DNA from: the human T2T-CHM13v2.0 reference genome, Homo sapiens | Direction: 5' to 3' (one strand) | Length of the DNA stretch: 64,000 nt | Assembly: GCF_009914755.1 (NCBI RefSeq) | Contig: NC_060947.1 | Shown here: piece by piece, positions 1-13,044 of the stretch | Layout of the letters: each line of letters begins with the position of its first letter | Numbering within the stretch: position 1 is the stretch's first letter | Translations under genes and position numbers: made by a program | Notes under the pieces: model-generated | What the model saw: the letters and a program-made list of their open reading frames with translations, nothing else | Told to the model about the DNA's origin: nothing | The model's database searches: none

Positions 1-1127
1 CTTCACTTGAGGGGCTTTAAAAATAAATAAAAATGGAAATTGTGGAAGAACTCCACCTGACAAAAGTTCAAATAGTAGAATTAGAGAAAAGATGTGCAAA
101 AACAGATTTGGGAATAATAATCAGATCATTTGTTGAATGCCTGTCACGTATAAGACACTCTTCTAGCACCTTTTGCTTACATTCTCTCTATTCCTGACAA
201 CAAATGTAAAAGGTCGGTAGTTATATATCCATTTATATCCCTATTTTATAGCAGATGCAACTTATTCAAAAGAGGTTAAGTAATGCATTCACGGTCAACA
301 GCTAATAAGAGGCAGCAGTGAAATGGAAGTTGAAGCAAAGTCTGTGCACTTATAGCAACTAGACAGGAATAAATATGAATTTTGAGCTGTTGGTAAGTGG
401 GGTATTGTTATTATGTACTTTTTTATTATGAAAAATGTTTCATGGCTGACATGGCATTTCTACTCTGTTTTAAAAGATTTTGGCAACAGCCATGAGCCAG
501 TTCAACAATGTATGTCAGATTTGTTTAAAGGATTTTCAAACTGTAGCACAAAGACCAAGCCTGTGCAGGTCTCACATGTTCTTGTGTTTGATAACATCTA
601 TTGTTTACAAAATGAGAGATGCTTTATCACAAGGGTTGTTCAATGGATTGGGCTTCTTACTGCTAATGTGACTTGGGTCTGTGAACTCAAAGATGAGAGT
701 TGAGAGCAAGAGAGAGAGAAATTGTAAACTCTTATTCTCAGGGACTGGGTAGAAAAGGGAGAGGCTATCTAGACCACTGACTTTTAATCTTGTTTGATCA
801 AAACCCACAGTTAGAAATACATTGTATAATACATTTCAGGACATACATATGTACATATTTATAAAACAATCAATAATGAACAGAATATTTGTAGTTAGTA
901 TGTATGACAAACACTGATGCTTGCTATTTTAGTCTATTTAACTTTTCATACTAGCCACCACCCACTGCAGAGATTTTGCATTCCACTAAGTAGCAACTTG
1001 CAATACTGAAAATATTAGAATATTGAAAAACATTATTTAGAGCACACATTTTGGGGCAATTGAGGTGTTTTGAGGGCCTGGAATAAGGAATTAGTATTCC
1101 TCTAGTGGGAAGAAGATAATCAAAGAG

Positions 1128-1446
1128 GCTCTCATCTTGAATTGTAGCACCCATTATTCCCACGTGTTGTGGGTGGGACCTGGTGGGAGATAATGGAATC
1201 ATGGGGGTGGTTCTCCTACACTTCATAAGTCTCATGAGAGCTGTTGGTTTTATAAGGGGGAACGCCTTTTGCTAGGCTCTTATTTTCTCTCTTGTCTGCC
1301 ACCATGTAAGATGTGGCTTTTGCCTTCCACCATGATGGTGAGGCTTCCCCAGCCATGTGGAACTGAGTCCATTAAACCTCCTTTTGTCTACACATTACCC
1401 AGTCTCGGGTATGTCTTTGTCAGCAGCATGAAGGCTGACTAATACA
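1128..1446 (+). mobile_element. THE1A/THE1B-type MaLR solo LTR, lacking about the first 30 nt
   Basis: tctcatcttgaattgtagc...ccatgtaagatgtg...attaaacctc...ccagtctcgggtatgtcttt...gactaataca matches the THE1 LTR consensus including its 3' end. Confidence 0.9.
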
Positions 1447-1449
1447 CCA

Positions 1450-1635
1450 GGGGTGGCTCCACCCCTTTTGGGGCATTTGGAAATGGCTATGAGCATGATG
1501 TAGCTGTCGCAATGAGAGCGAGCACTGCTGGCGTTTGGTGGTTGGGGGATGGAATGCTGACTGTGGTGAGGAGCGTGGGCAATCTTGCATAGCAAAGTTT
1601 GTCCTGCCCAGCATGCCCATAGCTCTCCAGTGGAG
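1450..1635 (+). mobile_element. Degenerate MER20-like hAT-Charlie element
   Basis: ggggcatttggaaatg...gcactgctggc...tgtcctgccca resembles MER20/MER20B; highly diverged. Confidence 0.45.
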
Positions 1636-1819
1636 GAATGCAATGTGGACCTTTTTGCCACCAAGCCAGTCTGGTCCCTCAGATCCCTAGCAGCCAAAGA
1701 CTAGATCCCAGGGACTCTTTGGGCTAGGCTCCTGTGGTTCCAAATGACGAAATTAATACCCCAGTCCTAAATCAGTGATGGCAAGAAACCTATCAGGGAA
1801 GCAACATGGATGACCAAGG

Positions 1820-2039
1820 CAGAATTTCTCAACCTCGGCACTGTTGATATTTGGGGCCAGATAATTTTTTGTCCTTGAGAGCCACCTTGTACTTTGAAGT
1901 ATATCTAGCAGCATCCCTGGCCTTAATGCTAGACGTCATAAGCACTGCTTTTCACCCCCCAGTTGTGACAACCAAAAGTATTGCCAGATATTGCCAAGTG
2001 TCCCCAGAAGGGCAAGTCCCCCTCATTAAGAATCACCAG
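1820..2039 (-). mobile_element. MER20 (hAT-Charlie)
   Basis: tttctcaacctcggcactgttgatatttggggccagataatt...agttgtgacaaccaaaa...ttgccaagtgtcccc is the reverse complement of the MER20 consensus. Confidence 0.9.
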
Positions 2040-2122
2040 TCTAAAGTAATGAAGAGAACGCCAGACAACTTTTATTAAGAATCACCAGTCTAAAGTAATG
2101 AAGAGAACACCAGACAACTTTT
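2025..2122. repeat. 49-bp tandem duplication (2 copies, 1 mismatch)
   Basis: attaagaatcaccagtctaaagtaatgaagagaac(g/a)ccagacaactttt at 2025-2073 and 2074-2122. Confidence 0.97.
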
Positions 2123-4329
2123 TAAATGAATTTCATGTAAGAACAGGCACTTCACAAGTAGCATGCCTGGAACAAGCCTGCCCCCTCCTGCAACTTTTCT
2201 GAGTCAGATGGAATCAATGCAACACGTCAGTGGTTTATGGTCTTTTATATTTCCCTAGGTTGCAAGTGGTTAGTCATTTTACAGCCTACCTACGTCATGG
2301 ATCCAGGGCCTTATTCTGTTTGTTTACATGTGAAATATATAAATTGAAGTCTGTACAGATTCCTGGTAAAATCCAGTTAAGACAATGCATGACACATGGG
2401 GCCACTGCAGTTATTATCAAAACAACATACAAAAATAAGCATCATCCCTCTGTTAAGGTCCCTTAATTCTCACTGTGTTTCCTTTCTATTTCATCACATC
2501 AAACTAAATGCAGTGTTGCCTTCGAACATCTGCTTTCATAATATAAAGCTGTCTTTTCAACATAAATCTTACTTTCAACTTCCCTAGGAAACATGCTTTG
2601 GATTTAGGTGTCACGGGTGGTGACTGTCCTTGTAGAGGACTGTCGTGGTAAACAAAGGTGATATTTGTAGAATGGTAATTAATCACATGCAGCAGGTAAT
2701 GCTTGAATCTTTTTAGAATCCTCTGACTGTGCATGTTCAGGGAATGATGGAGTGTTTGTATACTCAGTCAAAGTGAAAACATTTTGTTGTTTCCAGACAA
2801 AACAAGCCTCTCTTAAAATTTATTGAATTCCTATTTCTGATAAATGAAATGATCTATGCATTTGTTAGAATGTTGTCCTTTTAATGGTAACTACATTTAG
2901 AGCTGAAAAGAATAAAAATTTATTATTTAAAATTCATGTTATCGGACAATAAGAGGATCACAGGATTTGAGTAAAAAAACAAAAACCAAAAACAAACAAA
3001 AAACAACTACCTAATTCTTGGCCCCGAAACACTTTAATAAATAAAATGAGCTCCTTTCCTGTAAATAAAAATTGCTAAAATGTACAATGTAGACTAGGCA
3101 AATTCAAGACCAATAAGTACAGTTTTGGTCCTTGTGAATTTTATTACTTCTGCCATTGATTGAGTTAAGCAATCTTTGGCTGGAAAGAAAATAACATTCC
3201 TGGCATATGCCTAGGAAATATTAAATTATCCAGGCAAATGGGTTTGTTTTTTTGTGCAAGGAAGACTAATAGGAATTATTGCTATCTTCATGGAAATACA
3301 GGGATCATAGGTCGCTTGTACTGAAATGAAGGTGCTTCTATTTCATGCTCTTAACATTTACATATTTGATTTCAAATTAAGTGATATGTTGAAGATTAAA
3401 CATCTTTGGATACAATGAGTGTGGAAAGACACATCTGATCTCATGTCAGTCTTTTCCTACTGAGTAGTGCTACCAATCCAATATACACACAACCATACTC
3501 TCCATGTTGAGCAGGCATGGACTTAATGTCCCCTCTGGTTGATGCTTAAGGGTGCTTAGGATCCCGCTTGAACAGCCCACCTCTGCTCAGAAAACTAGCT
3601 ATCTGATGGCCAAGCACCCTGGATACAAGGCTTAAAGGAATTAATTCTCTATTTCATACCTGGCTGATCTGTTCATACATGCAGAAATCCATGAGTGTCC
3701 CATGCTATTTGAAATTCTAAATGAAGGAATTTTCACAATACGTATTTAGGCCAAACTGATTGTGGTCAACCCTCTGCTCTCTGAGAAATTCTTTAGAGAG
3801 AAAAACCATAGGATAAACAAATACTGGATTTAGCAATCAGAAAAATTATTCTTAAAACTTTTTTTCTAACTTCCCAACTGGGCAACTGTGGACAAGTTGC
3901 TCAAACTTTTTGATCCTCACTGTCCTTGAGTGTTAAGTAAGAGTTACCATTTTAACTACCCTATATCTCAATATTGTTGTCAGTATTTGAGACAGTAATA
4001 TATCTCAAATTGCTTTGGAAGCTGAGTGCACTCAAAATATAAGATACTGTTGTCGTTTTTTCAGTAACTGAAATTGGATTATCAGAATGACTGGACTTGG
4101 AGAATTAGCCAGAAAAATTTTTCTTAAAATAATGGAATAATCCAACAAAATATAATACTGACACAAATCATGCTACTACTAATAATGATGCTTTTCACTT
4201 ATTTAGTACAGGATAAAGATTGTTGTTCTCTCTGTTTATGATAACTTTAGCCAGTTTGTCTCTTGCCTTCATCTTGGATTCTGATTTTATGTTTCACTAC
4301 TCATGATATCCTTATTTATAGGCAGTTCA

Positions 4330-4648
<319 letters not shown>

Positions 4649-4824
4649 TTATTTGAACTGGCTCTCCTTTTATTCCTGTGAAGAGATTTTCTAAATCCAT
4701 TGTGCTAATATTAGGGGAGAGAGATGTATTATTTAAAAGCCAAAGGAATGATTAAAAAAAAATAGAAACAAAAGCTACAAAATTAATAAAAAGAAATCAT
4801 AGGGATAAAACATCCTAACTCTCT

Positions 4825-5350
4825 CTGTTTGGGTTAGGTTCTATGACCTGTAATAGAAAATTAATAGTAACAGTTATATATAATAATGATAATAAACAGT
4901 GGTGTTAAAAGACAGAAGTTTATCTGTCCTATTAAAAAAAAGGGAAGTTGGGTAGGACAAGGCTTGGTTGGACACTGCACAGTCACCAAGGGAACTTTCT
5001 GTTCTACCATTATAGTGAATTGCTTTTAATTTCAAGTTCATCTCATGTTGTAAGGTAGCCTATGAATCCATGACACTGACCTCTACATTCCAGAGAATAG
5101 GAAAAGGATTGAGACAGAAATAAGGAAAGACATATGATTTCTCAGCATAAAGCAAATTTCATGGAAATCCCATTCAATATTTTCACTGCAATATCATTGC
5201 CCACAGCTTAATCACATGGCTTCAGTGAGCTCCAAGACTGGAAACATAGCCTTTTAACTGCTCATACTCATACTTTTTGAAAGAGAGATTATTTTACCAA
5301 GGAAGAAGGGAAGCTGACTATTGGATAGCAGCCAGCAAAAACTGCCATAG
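4825..5350 (-). mobile_element. Old MLT1 (J/K/L-type) MaLR LTR
   Basis: Diverged MLT1-like blocks (gacagaagtttat, cattgcccacagcttaatcacatggc, ttggatagcagcc...ctgccata). Confidence 0.55.
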
Positions 5351-6359
5351 TTTTCCTCAAATAAACATGTAACCATCTACTAAACTGAGATAGAATGTTT
5401 GATGGGGACCTTCTATGCCCAGAATAATTGCCAATAAATCAATGGAAATAACTCTTTGGTTTGGACTCAGTGTTGTTCTATTTATCCAAAAAAAAAAAAA
5501 AAAAAAAAAAAGAGAGAGAGAAACAGACTGAGAGACATAAACTAGAGTACATTAAGCCAGTGGCCCCTCATCTTATTCAGGAAAAAAAAAAAGGCGAAGT
5601 CCTCACAGTGAATGGTCGACAAGGCCCTTCAGGACCTGGCCTATTACCTCCATGACATCATTTCCTACTGCTCATTCCACTTCAGATCCACCAGCCTTAA
5701 ATGTGGCAAGCAGATATCTGCCTTAGGATCTGCGCACTGGCTCTTCCATTGGACCTGAATCACTTCCCCTGGTATTTGCATGGTTCATGTCTTCTCCTCC
5801 TTCAAGTCTTTGCTCGGATTCCCTCTTCTCATTGAAACCTGCCTGATCCAGAGAGACCAGACGTTTTGCCTTCTTTTATTCATAGTATTTAGAACCCTCA
5901 GCTCATCCCTGCCCCCCTCCAATGAACAGATAATTAATGACACTTTCCTCTTTTTCAGACAATACCCAATTGTGTTTGGAAAATGGTTTTGAAGAATCTC
6001 TTTTGGTCTTTCATGGGTTTTCTAATTTTCTCCTTCCATGAGATACATTTTCCGTCTGTTTAATTGGGAAGAGAGTTGAGGGACATTTTCAGAAGGTGTG
6101 GTCTTGAAGGAAAGGGACAAAGATGGCATACATATCATATTTTGACTGATACCTATTTCTGTGTATATAAAAATATGCTCACAGGTCAAGAACCAGGAAA
6201 AGGTCTTTAAATATGTAATATCTTTGCTTGTATTTGTCTCAAAAGTTTTCAGGCTGTTAGCACAGTCATTTCTTAGTTTACATTGTAAAACCTTGTTTTC
6301 AAATTTTATATTGCTTACAGCTTCCCACTATTGATACCCTCAGTGATATGTGTGTATGC

Positions 6360-6361
<2 letters not shown>

Positions 6362-6398
<37 letters not shown>
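6362..6398. repeat. (GT)18 microsatellite
   Basis: Perfect GT dinucleotide run. Confidence 0.99.
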
Positions 6399-6401
<3 letters not shown>

Positions 6402-9400
6402 TCTACTTACTTTCCTCTTTTCCATTCCTGTCTGTGTCCCAAGTGTTTGCATATTAAATACATTTTCCTTTTTTTCCAGCCTCAATAGCTACTTTATTTT
6501 TTCTGAGTTCACTTCTCACCTTCTCCTTGAACTTTTATCTCTAGCAGCTCTATTCTTTCTCTTTTCTAATCTTTTCCCGCTACCTTTCTACTATTCTCTA
6601 ATACTTATACTATGAGACATTATATGGACTGTATCAGAAGAGATGCTGTATAATTATCTCAGTAGAATATTATCTCCTTTGCTGACTCGTTTTTCCTCTG
6701 TTTACAGGGATAATAATGTCAACCACAACCAGCACCCAAATTGCAAAACCGAGACCAACAAGGGCTGCTGTATCTGAAAGGATGACTCTGACTAAAAAAA
6801 GCTTTATCTTTTCAGGATAAATACAAATTGCTTATTTTTTACTTTGAATCTCCCATTTAAATTGTCATTCTCAAATAGTAATGATTTTAAATTTTTCAAA
6901 AATAATTTTAGATCACTCATAATTAAAATGGGATTTACAGATGGATATCCATCTACTTTGTCATACATTATATCATGGAATAACTTTTGTTTAATATCTG
7001 CATCATATTCATTGCCATGAGTATTATCTTGACATCTTTTTTTCCCAACAACTAGATGAGGAGAGCAAGGAAAAGTGATTAAGAATTTGCCATAATCAGC
7101 AGAAAACAGCTGGTATAACGGGCCAATGCCAATTTCCCAACATGGCAGTAATCTGCATTGTCAGTCCCTCTGTTCTCTGTCAGCACTATCATTTCTCTCC
7201 TGCAAGGCCTATGTTTTAACGAAAAGTATGCCCCCTCAAAAAAAGATTGAACATCTCCCAAATTGAATATCAGTTAAAAGCAAGCCTATTTTTAATATTA
7301 ATATTCATTTTGTACTGTGAAATTGTCATAACATGTTATGTCCTCTCATAAATGTTGAAACAGGTCCATGATTCAGTACCATTAAATCACTTGTAAATTA
7401 CCACTGATGAGACTAAAATTGCTACTTCTAAAAACGCACTGCTGTGAGGGCTTCCTGTAGCTTGGTGAATTACCACCTCAAAACTGCCTTACACGTTGTC
7501 CTGTCTGCTCAGACATGATGAATGCTTGATGGCCACTGTCCTGGAGCTCCAAATGGCAAGCCCAGGCTTCCAGCCCGGCATGGATATAATTATCTCTACT
7601 TTTGATTTTGCCTGTAGAAGGTAGAGTAGAATGTCCAAAAAGTGTAATTATATAATGTGACTCTCATTACTCAAAAATAAAATAAAAAACCACCTATTTG
7701 GCATTGTTACTTAGAGGCAAGTAGTATAGAAGCACTGTTGGTCAGTGGTTATGTTGAGTTTTGTTGCCCATTTTAAGGTGTTGTGTTTATCTCATGTGAT
7801 TTTTCAAAATTTCCTACAGTAGGCAGAGCAAATTAAGCAAATAAAGGAGAGAATTACGCCTCAGCAACTGTCCAAAGAGTACGATGTTCTGCTTCTTGAA
7901 AAGCAGATATATTTTTAAAGCAAAGTAGCTACAGGAGGTCAGTCTTAATACTGGAATGGTTAGAGAAAAAAAATGAGGGAATGGCAAGGTTGCTCCTTTA
8001 GTTTTAGATTTTTTGTTGTTTATATTTGTTTACTTTTGAAGTGAATAATTTACTTAAGGTATTTAATAGGAAAAAAATTATGTCTTCTTAAAACCAGCAC
8101 AATCTTTCCTGGTAATTCTGAGGAAGTATTTCTGGATTCCATTGGTGGGAGTAAAATGGTGGCAATAAGGTCATCGTTTTTTTCATTAGCGTATCATCCC
8201 TCAGTATCAGTTCCGAGTTATTTTGATATCAAGGACCATAAAGCTGGTTACAGGAAGTTTGGGTTTCCCAGTAGGCAACATTTCACACTATATTCTATCG
8301 TTTATTCATTTATAACCATCACGTATTAAGCCCTTTTATGTGACAGAATAAAGTAAAAACAGAACATGACTTTGAGCTAGGGATAACAGCATCTGAAAAA
8401 AAAATTCAGCCAAGTTTTGATTTCTGATATAGAATGAGCACTTTGATGATTTGCATGGATTATGAGTTTATTTATACAACAGTGAACCTCTGACTTTTAT
8501 TTTAATGTTCTACGCTCCTCAATCGAACATATTAACATACCAAACCAAAAGGTTGACATTCAAATTTTATTCTTCTGTTTTATCGTGAAGGCTTAGTTGT
8601 TATTTCCACATGTTCTATTTTGTAAATGCAGATGAAATAAATATGGTGCAGGAAAGCTTTGTTTGTAAGCAGATTTGCTACTTGTCCAGGGAAGTTTTTT
8701 AAAAAGGCAGAAGAAAACTAATCTTTATTATGACTTCTTAGAATATTCAAAAATAGCATTGTCTTAGCTAAAAGTTGGTCTTCAGATTCATAAGTTTCTA
8801 TGTGAATATTAACATTTTAAATGAGTTGTGCTTCCAGACATAAATCAATCAATGAGCTTATCTTTTTCCTAAAATTTCAATGATGGATCTGTAAGCTTTG
8901 ATTTTTCAGAAACCAGTGATATCTTAGAGATTTTGGAATACAAAATATTTTTAAGAGAAGGTACTTGGAAAACACTTGTATGACAAATTCCTATTTTCTA
9001 AGCTAAGAAGACATTCCTTGCTCTATAATCTCTTCTAAAAGTCATGTGAGTGTTGAAACAATGAAATTTCTGGAAGAACTACAATACTGCAAGATTCCAC
9101 AATGCAATTAAGAATAACCACGTGATCGTGGACTGCCGAGAATATTGAATGTCAAAGAATTGCTGGAGGGTTTTTTTTTTTTTGCAAAGGAAAATGATGT
9201 TTTGATGATCAAGACCAGATTTCCCAATGTAGGTTTACAACAAAAAGAGAGAAGCAAGCCCACGTGAGGAGTTAATTTTTAGACATACTGGTGATGTGTT
9301 CTAAAAGAAGAACTCAGATGTTAAGCTTTGCTGCAGATTCTTATCCATCACTGTGAGCTGATCCTTCCAGCACAGTGGGAAACCTCGTTTTTTCAGAGAC

Positions 9401-9699
9401 AATGAGTTCAGTGGGATAAAAGAAAGCATGAGGTTTGGAGTTAGAAAGCCACGTTTTTTTTTTTTTTTTTTTAAGCTCTACCTATTAGACTAAACTTCAA
9501 GAAACTATAACCTCATCATCTTTTCAGTGAGGTATCACTAAGCCTACCTATCTCTCCAGGGTTGATGCAGGGCCGTAAATGGAAGTTTATTAAGTGAAAA
9601 CAACTTATAAATTCTGTAACATTACACACATTATCCTATTATTTAACAATTACCATATAGCCATTATAAAATTAGAATAAAGTCTGGAGTTAACAGTAA

Positions 9700-9842
9700 T
9701 ATACCAAAAATAATTGCTCAGTTTTGACAAATATATCATGTGACGCTGGGTGAAGGGCATGCAGGAACTATTTATATTATCCTTGCAACTTCTCTGCAAC
9801 CTAAAATTATACCAAAATAAAAAGTTTATTAAAAATAAAAGA
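9700..9842 (+). mobile_element. Old L1 (L1MC/MD-type) 3' end fragment
   Basis: tgggtgaagggcat...ttgcaacttctctg...aaaattataccaaaataaaaagttt is typical of L1MC/MD 3' termini. Confidence 0.7.
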
Positions 9843-10498
9843 AAAAAGCACCCTGTGCTTCTTCCACTAACAGAATGTCGCCTGACAGGGTTAGACACGT
9901 TTTCAGGATCCTTTCATCACCACCGTATATGTTCAAAGTAACTTTATCCTATAGTTCTGACAAAAGGTTAGGACTGGAAATACAAGGTTTTGCAGAACCA
10001 ATTAGTTATTGTTTAATTAAAATAATGGTAATCTTGTGTAGAGTATAAAATGGGAGACTCTGGTGATAGATTGCTATTGCCCAGCATGTTAAGTCCTCAT
10101 CATTCATTTCATTGCATCTGTGTTGCCTGTCTAAAATAAAACATCTCCTATGTTCCACAAAAGACCCTAGGCTTCTTATATAAGATGATTCGTGAATAGC
10201 TCCTTCTTGGAATACAGGAGCAATTGTTGAGAGTCCAGGTATATAGTAATTGCAGTTACAGAGATTCAAGAAAAATGACCAGTGGCCTAGGACATCATTG
10301 GACCAAGTCAAGTTAGGTAGGTGAGGTATATGAGCTTCCATCAAGGTGTCTAGATTCAATCTTAATGCACTGAAGGTAAATGTCTCATTTGGGAGGAAAG
10401 GACTGGAGTGCTGCCTCATTATTGTTCTACCACAAACTGGTCATGTAGCTTTCAAACATTTTTAGTGAACTTACACATGCCTAGGTTTCCTCATTTTC

Positions 10499-10733
10499 TT
10501 TGTTTTTTCATACAAGTGAGTTCCACTGGGTTCAAGCAATTCTCCTGCCTCAGCCTCCCGAGTAGCTGGGATTATAGGCATGCACCACCGTGCCTGGCTG
10601 ATTTTGCATTTTTAGTAGAGACGGGGTTTCTCCATGTTGGTCAGGCTGGTCTCGAACTCCTAACCTCAGGTGATCCTCCCACCTAGGCCTCCCAAAGTGC
10701 TGGGATTACAGGCATGAGCCACTGTACCCAGCT
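10499..10733 (-). mobile_element. AluSp-like element with internal deletion, inserted in a MIR
   Basis: Antisense Alu body 10526-10733 with Sp-type tttctccatgttggtcaggc; 15-bp TSD ggtttcctcattttc at 10484-98 and 10734-48. Confidence 0.92.
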
Positions 10734-10970
10734 GGTTTCCTCATTTTCAAATGGACATAAAGATAACAGACCTACATTATAGAGCTATAGAGAGAATAAA
10801 TTAAAATAATCTATGTAAATGCCAACTACATAATATGAACTCAAAAATTACTGGCTGATGTGACTACTCAAGTCTTCTTTCTCCATCTCTTTCTCTCTCT
10901 CTTCTTTCTTCCTTTCCATTCTCTCTCCCTTTCTGTCTCCCTTTCTTCCTTTCTCTTTATACCTTCATTT

Positions 10971-11125
10971 AGTGGTACTAGAACCAGTTCCTACCAGCTT
11001 GGGAGAGTCAATAAATTATTAATAGCATGAAATTGGCCATGCCGGGAATATTTACATTACAAAAATCAACAAAAACTACAAATTAGATTGCTTTTATTTT
11101 AGCCAGTTTATCAGCATATCACTGC
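10971..11125. mobile_element. MER63-like hAT MITE
   Basis: Ends agtggtactagaacc... and ...ccagtttatcagcatatcactg resemble MER63 termini. Confidence 0.55.
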
Positions 11126-12059
11126 TTGCCCCACCTCTACCCCCTCCTCCAATCTTCCTTCTTCCTCCCTCCCTCTCTGTCAAAGGGAAATAAACACAGA
11201 ACGAAATCACCACAGATACCTTCTTGAGCTTTAATTCAAAGAGGGGATTTGTCTTAAATAAGAATTACTCTTTATGTATAAAATGACCAGAGGATAAATG
11301 ACAGATGAAAATAACTTATTGTAAGATTCTTAAATAATTTTGGACATTTGCTGCTGTAATATTTGCATTCTGCAAACAGGTTTAAACTGCAGTAGATAAT
11401 AAAAAAATTAGATAGTATCTTCCTCCACAGTATGTTTAATTTATGCTTCAGAGTTTGAACAAAAGCTTCCTACTATTTAGATTGTGCTTAAAATGAAATG
11501 GATTTGGTCAGTTCCACACTTTCATCTCTACCTCATATGTGAGGATGAGAAGTTGTCATTCAACAGATTCCCTTCAGGTCAGTTTTGCTGGTGCTGATTT
11601 TGACCCTATTTGTGATTTTCCACATGCTCAGCTTCACCGAAGTAATACCTGAATGATTTGAATTTTTAAGAGGCTCAGAAATAAAACTCTAGCCACTCTG
11701 AGAGAGGACTCTATCTAAATCCTGTAGACTGTCAGTCAGTAAACTCTTCCACTGTTTGCAATCACAGCTGAGTTGGTTTTGCAGCTGGTTTTTGACAAAA
11801 CAAATGTGTTCTGTTTGTCCCCTTCGTCAAAAGGAAATGCCAACACAATCTTGAAGAACATTTTCTGGTGGGAATCTACAGGGGAACTGGAGAGAGGGTA
11901 GGCAGTTGACATACTACAGAGAAGAAGAATCTAGTTCATTAGACTACTGACCCTCTCATAATGATTGTCATTGCAGTGGTCCTCATGTTTCTCACTCCAC
12001 TGGGCCATGAAGAAAGATATCCAAAATAGAATTGTTTGGCGATGAGAAGAGTGCTCTGT

Positions 12060-12290
12060 TCAGAAATCCTACGTTGCATTTATTATCTGCCAGGCACTGT
12101 GTTAGTACTTTGTTGAATCACCTCTCATTTAATCCTCATGAATACTACATACGGTATAGATACTATTATTATCTCCATACTAGAGGTGAGTAATTTAGAC
12201 ACAGAGAGCTTAAATAACTTGACAATGTGATGGTTAAGTGGTGGAGCCAGGATTCAACTTCCTGGGGAATATATTAAACCACTTCACTAT
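12060..12290 (-). mobile_element. MIR
   Basis: ctcatttaatcctcatgaa...tattattatctccat...gacacagagag...aagtggtggagccaggattcaac is the MIR core. Confidence 0.85.
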
Positions 12291-12500
12291 ATTTCCTTTC
12301 TGCAAATGATAAGGTGTCAGGTAAGTGTTGATTCTTGTGAAGTATTACGTTAAAGAACCCAGCAAAATGCAGTAATGATGATAGTGATTTCGGAAAATGG
12401 TGATTCTATACATTTTACAGCTAGCGCTACAAAATGCTTTACCATCACCGTCTCTCTTAATCTTCAGAGCAAACCTGTAAGATGGTGAAGACCAACTGAA

Positions 12501-13023
12501 TGTTTAGCAAGGAGTTAAGATAGCAAGCCTGAAACTGCTACCTTTAGAAGGGCTCCTTATCAAGGTTGGTTCCTGGCTAATGCATAGGAACTTGACTCCC
12601 AAAATGTTCCCTCCATCACTTAATGATAAGGTTTACTCACTGTGCCTAGACAATTTGTACAATGTAATTTATGGTGAACAACTGATTTCCTTCTGGGAAC
12701 CTGGAATTTTAGAAGTTGCCAGGCAGAGGGTGCCTACATGATCAGCACCCAATAAAAACTTTGGATGTTGAGTCTTTAATGGGTTTCCTTGGCCAAAAAC
12801 CTCAGACACACAAATTCCTTCATTTTTATTGCTAAGAAGATAATGCACTCAGTGTGACTTTTCATGAGATGGAGAAAGGATAGCAAGTTTGTACAGGGAT
12901 TTCTCCAGAAGATTCTGCAGACTATTGCTGTAATAAATCTTAACCATGAGTACTACTATGAGACCAATGAGTCCTTCTAGTTAATCACCAAATATGGAGG
13001 AGGTTTTGAGGACCCCCAACTCA
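12501..13023 (+). mobile_element. MER68-like ERVL solo LTR
   Basis: Begins TG..., gagttaagatagcaagcctgaaactgcta, ggcagagggtgcctacatgatcagc, aataaatctt, ends ...gacccccaactCA. Confidence 0.75.
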
Positions 13024-13044
13024 CTGGGATTCATGGAGTTTAAG

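Noticed and set aside
12314-12327. Strong donor CAG|GTAAGT
   Set aside because: No pyrimidine tract directly before the AG and no convincing upstream acceptor.
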